NCBI GenBank assembly: GCA_050951545.1
Contig: JBMNJG010000012.1
Coordinates: 1-64,000 of the forward strand
Direction: 5' to 3'
Length of the DNA: 64,000 nt
Source: Limnochordia bacterium
GTDB lineage: Bacteria > Bacillota > Limnochordia > DTU080
Below are positions 56,542 through 64,000 of the stretch, piece after piece. The notes under the pieces were generated by a model. It searched no databases. It had not been told where the DNA came from and worked only from the letters and a program-made list of their open reading frames with translations. Position 1 is the stretch's first letter, and each line of letters opens with the position of its first letter. A program made the translations under genes and the position numbers.

Positions 56542-59403
56542 TTACCACACTTGGGCCCCTAAACTGGCCGGGTCAGGGTACTTCAGAACTGCCCCTGCAT
56601 GGCGAGCAAAGTGGCCCCTAAGATCCATAGAGTAGGTAGCCAGGATTCTCTTGCCGAGCCCATGCCAATCGCCGCACAGATAGAGTCCGCGGGCCAAGAT
56701 GAGCTCCTTGAGTGCCGCATTACGTTCGCCGTTCTGGTTTGGTTCGTTGGTCACGGTGGCAATCACCTGACTAGTGTCGAGTTGGGCGTGCCCCTGCATT
56801 TCGGGTTTTCGCAGCAGTTGGTACAAGGCTTCGGCCAACTCCGGCTGCCTTAAAGCGCTCGCCGCAATGGAAACGGCTCGGCAGTGTGAAAAAGCGCTCG
56901 TCTCGCCAAGACTCCGGATCTTGTCGAGCACAGGGACGGTCCCGACCGGACTCAGGGTCTTGCCGAGGGCAATCACTAAGGCGTCCATTCGGCTCAGGCT
57001 CAGGCCAAACTGACGCATGCCCGTATAGTCCCAGCCTTCGTCCCAGTCACAGGCGGAAACGCGCTGGGCTAAGATATGGGCTGCCTCGGGCCGCCCGTAT
57101 AGTCCCAGAATCAGGGCAGCGTCTACAACCTGTCGGGGATCCTTCGAAGCGCGCAACCGCTCACTAAGGAGCCCCATGCTGATCGTCGGGTGACTCAGAA
57201 TAACGGCTGTGGAATAGGCGTCGACAGGACCGCGACTGACAGCTTCGCGGACAAGCTGTTCAGCAGAGGGAAACGTGTCCTTGTAGGTCAAGACTGCGGG
57301 TTCAAGAACGCCAGCTGCCACTAGCCGTTGCTGCAGCTCTCGGATATTGATGTTGCGTACTCTACATCGGTTCTGGGCAGCCGCGGCCGCAGACATGCCT
57401 GCGGCATAGCCTTGGTTCTGAACATCGGCCTGCATTCGGATGACAGGCATGGCATCCCGGTGTGCGCTCACGCCGAGTCCCGTGACCAAGAGCCCGTCGA
57501 CGCCGCGCGGTAGCATACACCGGAATGGAACGTGAGCTCTGAGTACGGTCTTGTCCGCTGGGAGCACAGCAAAGACCGGGTGAACGGTGAATCCATGGGT
57601 GTCGAAGTTGCTCTCTGCCGTTACGATCGTGTCCGGGAACGTACGTCCGGTCAGGAAATCGACAGGTGACAGTTCCATTTCACCGACGATCCGGCGTCTC
57701 TCCCTGCTCCCGACCATAGGGACGACATCGAACGCTTCGGGAAACTTGGCTCGAGCAGTCACGAAGGCATGCGTCACACCGACCACATCGTTGTCGTCAA
57801 CGAATGTGTAATCGGTGTTACTGTAGGTCGTCCCCAGCTTGTGCGGCGATAGCCCCGTGCCTTGCACCGCGACGTGGGTTGCATCGATCTCGCAGCACGG
57901 AGCACCTGTCGCAGCGGCCAGGTCGGCATTTCCGGTGGCATCGATGACATTCTCGGCACGCACAAGGCCAACTCCAAGGGGCGTAGAGACGAGAACACCT
58001 GTCAGGCGCGACCCCTCCATGTGTGCACCGAAGGCAAAGCTATTGAGCCATGCTGCACCACCGGCCTGATGCAGGGATTGCATGTACCATCCCATCTTTG
58101 AGGAAGGATCCCACCGATTGGAGCGCCCGCTTGTCGGCTCCCGTCCTGATTTCGCCAACGCAGTATTGATCTCCGCAGTGAACCCGGTCCTGTTCCCTAA
58201 GTAGTAGCCCGTCACCAATCCTAGGGTCCCCAAGCCGCCAAGCCCGTGCAGTCGCTCGACGACGATGGTGTCTGCCCCGGACCGTGCTGCGGCGATGCCT
58301 GCAGCAGCACCGGCCGTCCCGCCACCAGCGACGAGCACATCGCATTCGGCAAGTAGTGGGAACTCCGGTAGATCTACGTCTTCTACCAGTGATGGGTCTC
58401 GCTGGCGCAGGAATGGTTGGGAAAAGCGGTACCGGAGCGCACACCCGTCAGGCTTGGGCGAACAGGCGAGGCGTCCAGGTCGTGCTGGGAGCCCTCGCAC
58501 TTGAGTGGCTGCCAGCCTGCCTGCGCGATCGCCGCAGCCAAGCTGGCCCTCCATTGTGGCCAGAGTAGCCGCACCGTGCGCGGTTAGAGGAAGGAGCTCG
58601 TTCATCACGATCAGCCGACCCTCGCAATGGATGAAAGCAGTGTCTGGAACAGCACTCCAACGGTCGACGAACCCTATGTCGTGCACGACAAGGTACTCGG
58701 ACGGTACGTCGGTCCAGGTATCGGCACTGGTGTGGATTCCTGGGTAATGAACCCGGGCGCGCCCAGCATAATCGGCGGCGAGACGCTCTGCGAGTGTGTT
58801 GCTCCGATCTGCGACCGGACTGTGGAGACGGTAAGCGTTCAGAGGACCCCCAGATCGCCCTACCTCGGCTCCTACGCTCCGCTGCAGCTCATGCCACGCG
58901 AAATCTGCGGTCGCCGGCGGCTTCGATCCAATCACCACGAGTGAAGGATCGGAGGGTTCCATCCGCGGCACAAGCGGCAGCTCGGCAAGGCGGGCCAGTA
59001 GTCCGCTGCGGCTGACATCCATTAGCACGCGCCCGGTCACTGCGTACAAGGCGGTGCGGGCGGCGATCACCACTCCCGCCAGTGCACCGTCCTCGTTGCG
59101 CAGCAAGGACACGGGGCGGCACTCGAACAGGAAGGGGATGTGTTCGTGTAGTAGCGCCAATTCTAAGGAATGCTTGATGCTCTGGGGCGTCACAGTACCC
59201 CCACGGGATACTGTGAGTAGTGAGTTCAGGCGGAACTCAGGCCATAGTTGCAGAGCGCCTGCCGTCTCCTCACCGAAGTATGAGCGGTCCGAAACGACCA
59301 CTACCGAACAACCGTCTTTTTTGGCTGCCAGGGCGGCCACTACGGCTCCGCTGCGTGCGCCGAAAATGATCACATCAGCAGAGTAGATCACGGGTATTTG
59401 CAT
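56542..59403 (-). CDS. Large FAD-dependent oxidoreductase (two FAD_oxidored-like modules plus a helical C-terminus)
   Basis: DVLVAGGGTAGAAAGIAAAR, VIDATGNADLA, RERRRIVG, VPFRCMLP, IRMQADVQNQG; degenerate N-terminal copy. Confidence 0.8.
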   Translation of the reverse strand: MQIPVIYSADVIIFGARSGAVVAALAAKKDGCSVVVVSDRSYFGEETAGALQLWPEFRLNSLLTVSRGGTVTPQSIKHSLELALLHEHIPFLFECRPVSLLRNEDGALAGVVIAARTALYAVTGRVLMDVSRSGLLARLAELPLVPRMEPSDPSLVVIGSKPPATADFAWHELQRSVGAEVGRSGGPLNAYRLHSPVADRSNTLAERLAADYAGRARVHYPGIHTSADTWTDVPSEYLVVHDIGFVDRWSAVPDTAFIHCEGRLIVMNELLPLTAHGAATLATMEGQLGCGDRAGRLAATQVRGLPARPGRLACSPKPDGCALRYRFSQPFLRQRDPSLVEDVDLPEFPLLAECDVLVAGGGTAGAAAGIAAARSGADTIVVERLHGLGGLGTLGLVTGYYLGNRTGFTAEINTALAKSGREPTSGRSNRWDPSSKMGWYMQSLHQAGGAAWLNSFAFGAHMEGSRLTGVLVSTPLGVGLVRAENVIDATGNADLAAATGAPCCEIDATHVAVQGTGLSPHKLGTTYSNTDYTFVDDNDVVGVTHAFVTARAKFPEAFDVVPMVGSRERRRIVGEMELSPVDFLTGRTFPDTIVTAESNFDTHGFTVHPVFAVLPADKTVLRAHVPFRCMLPRGVDGLLVTGLGVSAHRDAMPVIRMQADVQNQGYAAGMSAAAAAQNRCRVRNINIRELQQRLVAAGVLEPAVLTYKDTFPSAEQLVREAVSRGPVDAYSTAVILSHPTISMGLLSERLRASKDPRQVVDAALILGLYGRPEAAHILAQRVSACDWDEGWDYTGMRQFGLSLSRMDALVIALGKTLSPVGTVPVLDKIRSLGETSAFSHCRAVSIAASALRQPELAEALYQLLRKPEMQGHAQLDTSQVIATVTNEPNQNGERNAALKELILARGLYLCGDWHGLGKRILATYSMDLRGHFARHAGAVLKYPDPASLGAQVW

Positions 59404-59447
59404 GCGTTTCGACTCCTACCCCTCTGGGACGGGGCTAACTCAAGTTC

Positions 59448-59533
59448 AGTATACAACCGCCTTGCCAGAGGTCCATGCATCGGAGTTCACCACTTGGACA
59501 GGAGTCACCCACATTGGGCCGGAGTTGATATCC
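59448..59533 (-). promoter_or_regulatory. Promoter of the oxidoreductase with about 20-bp-spaced direct repeats (candidate AraC sites)
   Basis: Minus-strand -10 TATACT (59448-59453); GGAGT-led repeats at 59482, 59501 and 59521. Confidence 0.45.
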
Positions 59534-59628
59534 AGTCACGTCAAGGCGGGCTCCATCTAGGGACGAAAAGGATTCGCTCGCTCTACGACGAATTACTCGT
59601 TAAGTCTGAAACGTTCTGGGAGCCGACG

Positions 59629-60417
59629 ATGGTAGTGCGTTCGATCGTGGGTGCGTTTAGCGCGCATTGGCAGACACATCACTTTGGTGATCCCGCCCCT
59701 GTCAGGCACCAGACCCTCTTTTACTTGGAGGAGGGTGAGATCAGCATCGCTATCAACGACGTAGGTCGCGAGCAGAACGCTTGTCGCGGCGATATCGTAT
59801 GGCTGCCGCGCGACACCGTTCGCACGTGGCACACATCCGTCGGCGTGTGTATGTACGTCATCCGTTCCGTGGCCGAGCTCCCCGGCGGGTACCCCCTACT
59901 CTTGGAGCCCGGAATTTACCGTGCTTCCAGTCCTTGCCACGCTACCTACTTGTGCCAACGCATCGTGAACAAGTTTGTCCGTGACGATTTCCGTGAGTAC
60001 CTCGAGGTGTCTGGGTTGTTCGCCGAGCTTCTGGGTCTGCTCCTAAAAAGCCGGTACCTGGCGACCTTTGCGCCGTCAAAGGTGGCTACGCTTTCTCGTG
60101 TCTTGGAATACCTGGCGGCTCATTTCGGCGACTCACAGCTTACCTTGCAGGGGCTCATCGCTCAAACAGACTGGTCAAGAGGCTACTTCATGCGGGTTTT
60201 TCGCGAGTATACAGGGGAAACGCCTATGGGTTACCTCCGCCGACTTAGGGTCAATGCGGCGGCTGAACTGCTGAAGACAGGGGACTGGACGGTTACTGAG
60301 GTGGCATACCATGTCGGCTTCAGCGACCCGGCCTATTTCAGCCGTGTCTTTGCACGCTACGTCGGGCACCCACCGTCCAAGTTGATCGACTGTTCTCGAG
60401 GGTCCCACAGGGTCTAA
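59629..60417 (+). CDS. AraC family transcriptional regulator (start uncertain)
   Basis: Cupin-like N-terminus; YFMRVFREYTGETP, VTEVAYHVGFSDPAYFSRVF. Confidence 0.88.
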   Translation: MVVRSIVGAFSAHWQTHHFGDPAPVRHQTLFYLEEGEISIAINDVGREQNACRGDIVWLPRDTVRTWHTSVGVCMYVIRSVAELPGGYPLLLEPGIYRASSPCHATYLCQRIVNKFVRDDFREYLEVSGLFAELLGLLLKSRYLATFAPSKVATLSRVLEYLAAHFGDSQLTLQGLIAQTDWSRGYFMRVFREYTGETPMGYLRRLRVNAAAELLKTGDWTVTEVAYHVGFSDPAYFSRVFARYVGHPPSKLIDCSRGSHRV

Positions 60418-60527
60418 TATGCCAGGACTTCGCCTAGCTCCGCCGAAGGTAGGCGTTCTGCAGGTGCTTTGCTGCTGGAGTCGTATGTCTAAGCGTGTGA
60501 CATTTGCGAGAAAGGTGGTGGGCGCTC

Positions 60528-62006
60528 GTGCGAGCCTGGCAGCGTGTGACGCCAGTTCCTAGAGATGTCCGTTTGGAGAACGAGCGTATCCGTCTAGACA
60601 ACCAATGGAGCCTACAAGTTCCTCTAGAATGGAGGCAGGCAGGGGAGCAGTGGGTCAAGACCTTTGGGTTGGCGGGTGACCCCCGCGATAGAGTGGTCTC
60701 ACTGAACTACAGAGAGATGGCCACAGGGGAGTACGAGCTCAAGATCGGCACTGATCGTCTAGACGTGACGGCGGGCGATGAGGTTGGTCTTCAGTACGCG
60801 CTGCAGACGCTGTGGCAACTATCGCCGGACGGGGAAATACCATTAGGCGAGATTACCGATGGTCCAGCTCTCAAGATGCGTGGTTTCCACGTCAACTTCG
60901 ATAGTTTCCGGCAGATGGATTTCGATGAGGCGGCGTATGTGCTGCGGCATGCCGCGCAGCTCAAGCTCAATACCATACTTCTGGAGTACTCTGATCGTTT
61001 TCCGTTTGACAAACATAGCCTTATCCAAGCACCAACTGCTCTTGCGCGTGAACAGGTCAAGCAGCTGGTCAACTCTGCTACAGAGAACCACCTCGAGATC
61101 ATTCCCCTTCAGCAATCGATTGGTCATCTTGCCTATCTCCTCAAGCATGATGCATACTCCCACTTGAGAGAGGAAGAGACCCACCGCGATCAGTGGTGTC
61201 CGCTGCATCCTGGATCGTTCCAGGTCTGGACGGAACTCGTTGAGGAGATCATCGCCCTCCATCCGAGCATGCGTTATCTGCATGTGGGGGGGGACGAAGC
61301 GCGCCGACTGGGGCAGTGCCCCAAGTGTCGTGAGAAAGTGGAGAAGTACGGTGTCAGCCGTCTCTACATCGATTACATGAACCAAGTGATTGCTTGGCTT
61401 GCGGAAAGGAATCTCACCCCCATTATCTGGGATGACATGCTGTGTGCTCATCCAGAAGCGCTGGACGATCTGGATAGACGTCTGGTGATCATGTACTGGG
61501 AGTACTGGACTACCAGCAAGAGCAGTCCCTACTTCATCGCTCGCTACGATAGAGCCGGCAAGCCGGTAACGGTTTGCGACGAACGTTGGAAAACAGAGTG
61601 GGCGAGTGAGCTTACCGACTTGGAGCGCGACGTGATGGGACGTTTCGTGCGAGGAGTTCCTTTGGAGGAGAGTCTGGGCCCGAAGTTCATGCGCTTGTAC
61701 GGTCCATACCTGGGGCCCGAGTTTCCTAAGCGTATCAAGGGCTATCCCTATCTAGAGTTCTACAGGGATCAGGGCTTCAAGGTGATCGCAGCGCCGACAA
61801 CACTCGGAAATGGTGATAACTACCACTCGTTGCCCAACTACTGGCGGTTTGTGCCCAACATACGTACGGCTTGTGAGCGAGCCCGAGAGGCTGGCGTCGA
61901 GGGTGTAGTCACTACCGCATGGTACAACTACACGCCGTTGATGTTCCATCTTGGCTTGGCCACGACTGCTCAGTTCGCTTGGGGGGCTGTTGAACCAGCT
62001 CCGTGA
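60528..62006 (+). CDS. GH20-like glycoside hydrolase (hexosaminidase-D-like), no signal peptide
   Basis: GH20b-type N-domain (YELKI..GLQYALQTLWQ), D.P..MRGFH, GH, HVGGDE catalytic motif, WDDM, TAW. Confidence 0.82.
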   Translation: MRAWQRVTPVPRDVRLENERIRLDNQWSLQVPLEWRQAGEQWVKTFGLAGDPRDRVVSLNYREMATGEYELKIGTDRLDVTAGDEVGLQYALQTLWQLSPDGEIPLGEITDGPALKMRGFHVNFDSFRQMDFDEAAYVLRHAAQLKLNTILLEYSDRFPFDKHSLIQAPTALAREQVKQLVNSATENHLEIIPLQQSIGHLAYLLKHDAYSHLREEETHRDQWCPLHPGSFQVWTELVEEIIALHPSMRYLHVGGDEARRLGQCPKCREKVEKYGVSRLYIDYMNQVIAWLAERNLTPIIWDDMLCAHPEALDDLDRRLVIMYWEYWTTSKSSPYFIARYDRAGKPVTVCDERWKTEWASELTDLERDVMGRFVRGVPLEESLGPKFMRLYGPYLGPEFPKRIKGYPYLEFYRDQGFKVIAAPTTLGNGDNYHSLPNYWRFVPNIRTACERAREAGVEGVVTTAWYNYTPLMFHLGLATTAQFAWGAVEPAP

Positions 62007-62034
62007 GGTGCGCAGAAGCCCGGCTGAATGGGAA

Positions 62035-62065
62035 ATGGGGTGCCTTCGATGCGGAGGCACCCCAT
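62035..62065. terminator. Hairpin between convergent genes
   Basis: ATGGGGTGCCTTCG/CGGAGGCACCCCAT. Confidence 0.65.
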
Positions 62066-62085
62066 GTGTCGGGTCACAGGCTAGG

Positions 62086-63420
62086 CTAATGCGGCAGTTG
62101 ACTGAACAGACCCCATCCACCGAGGCTCGGCGAGTCTCCAGGATCGTCTTTCAGCAGCTCCTTGTAGTTCTCAGCCGCCTTGCGGTAGGCCAGAGCGTGC
62201 TCTTCGATAACCTTGGGTTCTAGATGCTTGAACCAAGGAATGGTATAGAGTCGGCGACCGAGGCCCTCCGTTATCGGCAGGCTGCCTGGGGGTTGCCGCA
62301 AATCACGCGTCGAGTTGGCGATGCGAGTTGGCTTACCATGTCCGTAGACATCACATGTGTTGAAAAGCGGATGGAGGTGAAGTGGCTTATTGGCTCCCGG
62401 CCCACAGGAGACGCCTTCGGCGCGTACAGCCTTCGTGAACTGCGTTACAGATAGGCCCTCGAGCTCCTCAGGAACATACAGGCCCCTTGCCGCATACCAT
62501 CCGGCCATCGTGCTGCCAGAGTCCTTAGGAACTCGATGGGCGCGCAGACCAGGAACACCTTCCAGAAGATCCCAGAAGTAGTTCATTGCTTCGCGGATCC
62601 TGACCATGCGTTCGTCGTAGTACTTGAGTTGCACGCGTCCCATAGCTGAGCTTAGCTGGTGCATGCGCAGCTTTTGGCCGCCCAAGGGTAGCCCTACGTA
62701 GGGCTTGAGATCCTCTGTCTCGATATTCGCCAGTGTGTAGCGCTCATAGTGTCCATAGGCAATGGAGCGCTCGTAGATCTCGCGGTCATCGGTGACGACC
62801 ATGCCCGCCTCACCAATAGCCAATGACTTACCACTCATTAGCGACATGGCTCCAACGTCGCCGATGCTGCCCAGCTTCCTGCCTTTGTACAGGCCTCCCT
62901 GTGCGTGCGATACGTCCTCGATGACCTTGAGATCATGTCGCTTGGCGATCTCCATGATTGGGTCCATGTCTGCAGGATAGCCTACATAGTGGACAACAAG
63001 AATAGCTTTGGTGCGGTCGGTTATGCGGTGCTCGATGTCGTTGGGATCCAAGCACAGCGTGTTGGGATCTACCTCAGCGAAGACAGGGGTTGCTCCCATG
63101 GCAAAAGCGGGCGTCGCCGAGGCCCAATAGGTTAGGCTGGGGCAGATCACCTCGTCACCCACACCGATCTTGCACCCAAAGAACGCTGAGAAAAGGGCGG
63201 AGGTGCCGTTATTACAGCCGAGAGCGTAACGACAGCCCTGCCATTCCGCGAACTCCTGCTCATACAGCTTGGTTACGTCTGTGCCTGACATGGCGCCTCT
63301 GCGGAGAACCTCAAGCACGGCCTCTTCGTCTTCCTTGGTTACAATGGGCCACGTAAAGATATCTCCGGGAGGGGTCTGCACTGCTTTTGGTCCGCCATAA
63401 ATCGCCAGTTTCGATGCCAT
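62086..63420 (-). CDS. DegT/DnrJ/EryC1/StrS family PLP sugar aminotransferase
   Basis: NNGTSAL, GDEVI, IEDVSHAQG, SLMSGKSLAIGEAG (PLP lysine); GAGGAGG RBS. Confidence 0.9.
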   Translation of the reverse strand: MASKLAIYGGPKAVQTPPGDIFTWPIVTKEDEEAVLEVLRRGAMSGTDVTKLYEQEFAEWQGCRYALGCNNGTSALFSAFFGCKIGVGDEVICPSLTYWASATPAFAMGATPVFAEVDPNTLCLDPNDIEHRITDRTKAILVVHYVGYPADMDPIMEIAKRHDLKVIEDVSHAQGGLYKGRKLGSIGDVGAMSLMSGKSLAIGEAGMVVTDDREIYERSIAYGHYERYTLANIETEDLKPYVGLPLGGQKLRMHQLSSAMGRVQLKYYDERMVRIREAMNYFWDLLEGVPGLRAHRVPKDSGSTMAGWYAARGLYVPEELEGLSVTQFTKAVRAEGVSCGPGANKPLHLHPLFNTCDVYGHGKPTRIANSTRDLRQPPGSLPITEGLGRRLYTIPWFKHLEPKVIEEHALAYRKAAENYKELLKDDPGDSPSLGGWGLFSQLPH

Positions 63421-63567
63421 ACATCTTCCTCCTCATCCCCACAGAGTGGGGTCGTTGCCTACGTCGCTAAAGACCAACCTCCACAATACCCGTCAGGAAC
63501 TGTATTACGCCTCTTGCTCACAACGTCCTGCCAGACATGTCTTTTTTGGATGGTGTGTCTGATAACA

Positions 63568-63592
63568 GGGAAACGGTGGCATCAGGCAGAAT
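63568..63592 (+). promoter_or_regulatory. Sigma-H-like promoter before the GNAT gene
   Basis: GGGA-N17-GAAT. Confidence 0.3.
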
Positions 63593-63648
63593 CAGCTTCG
63601 GGAACAGATCCGACCACGCGAATGGGGCACACGACAGGGGGACTGGAT

Positions 63649-64000
63649 GTGGGCATGATGGCCCGTTTTGTAACGAAGGACGAGATTGGTAAGCTGCAGA
63701 GATTCCTTGAGCGCTCCTACGGACACGGTAGAGGGTTCTTTCTTCGCTACCATCCCGAGCTGCAGGAGATCGCTCCTACCAGCTCACTCGTCATTGATGC
63801 TAATGGCAGTATTGCCGCACACGTGGGGGTTTATCCGCTGAAACTCAAGGTTGGTTCGTCTACACTCACCTGTGGGGGTATAGGCGGGGTCGCCGCTGCG
63901 ATTGACCATCGAGGCCAGGGCCTCATGTCCCATCTGATGCATGAGGCCATCCGCCACATGCGAGAGCAGGGCTGGTCCATGTCTGTGCTGTGGGGCGATC
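63649..64000 (+). CDS. Eis-like GNAT acetyltransferase (partial, runs off the window end)
   Basis: Read by hand: ..HVGVYPLKLKVG..GGIGGVAAAIDHRGQGLMSHLM..MREQGWSMSVLWGD; AGGGGG RBS. Confidence 0.85.
   Translation, partial: MGMMARFVTKDEIGKLQRFLERSYGHGRGFFLRYHPELQEIAPTSSLVIDANGSIAAHVGVYPLKLKVGSSTLTCGGIGGVAAAIDHRGQGLMSHLMHEAIRHMREQGWSMSVLWGD

Noticed and set aside
59398-59628. Long N-terminal extension of the AraC ORF
   Set aside because: It overlaps the divergent gene's start and promoter; the real start is probably downstream, though its exact position is unresolved
54316-64000. tRNA-Pro as the attachment site of a genomic island
   Set aside because: No integrase and no duplicate of the tRNA 3' end seen in the window; the tRNA is followed by its own terminator
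1-64000. CRISPR array, rRNA, IS element or selenocysteine/pyrrolysine readthrough
   Set aside because: No regularly spaced repeats, rRNA-like sequence, transposase motifs or interrupted conserved domains of that kind were seen by eye

Overview
A GC-rich, mostly core-genome stretch of an endospore-forming Bacillota (Firmicutes) chromosome. DUF3084 and non-lipidated solute-binding proteins (SBPs) hint at a diderm lineage such as Limnochordia, but this is inference. Bases 1-50245 run almost entirely on the + strand: rimO-pgsA, a ychF-like gene, PspC/Lia-type envelope genes, spoVT, a short FtsH with a partner gene, cobB, argS, cinA-thpR-recA-recX-rny-spoVS, dodecin-holin-spoVAF-lysA-scpAB-ytfIJ-rluB, hutP-aroH-hisC-aroF-tyrA-cmk-plsC-rpsA, a DUF1614-SpoIIP-YIEGIA-DUF3189-DUF512 block, der-spoIVA, a truncated HU gene, and hom-thrC-thrB-lysC. 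Bases 50242-64000 look accessory: an M20 hydrolase with a NitT/TauT-type ABC importer (SBP frameshifted near its 3' end), tRNA-Pro(GGG), a standalone amidase, and an uncharacterised cluster (sugar SBP, 953-aa tandem flavoprotein, AraC, GH20-like hydrolase, DegT aminotransferase, Eis-like GNAT) that could be an amino-sugar or aminoglycoside catabolic or modifying pathway. Items not annotated as such in the ORF track include an internally deleted SBP relic, the HU pseudogene, the LysC beta-subunit internal start, a long structured rny leader with a possible ATA start, and sigma-A/E/F/H-like promoters. I saw no CRISPR array, rRNA, integrase or transposase. All assignments come from reading motifs by eye; no database search was run.
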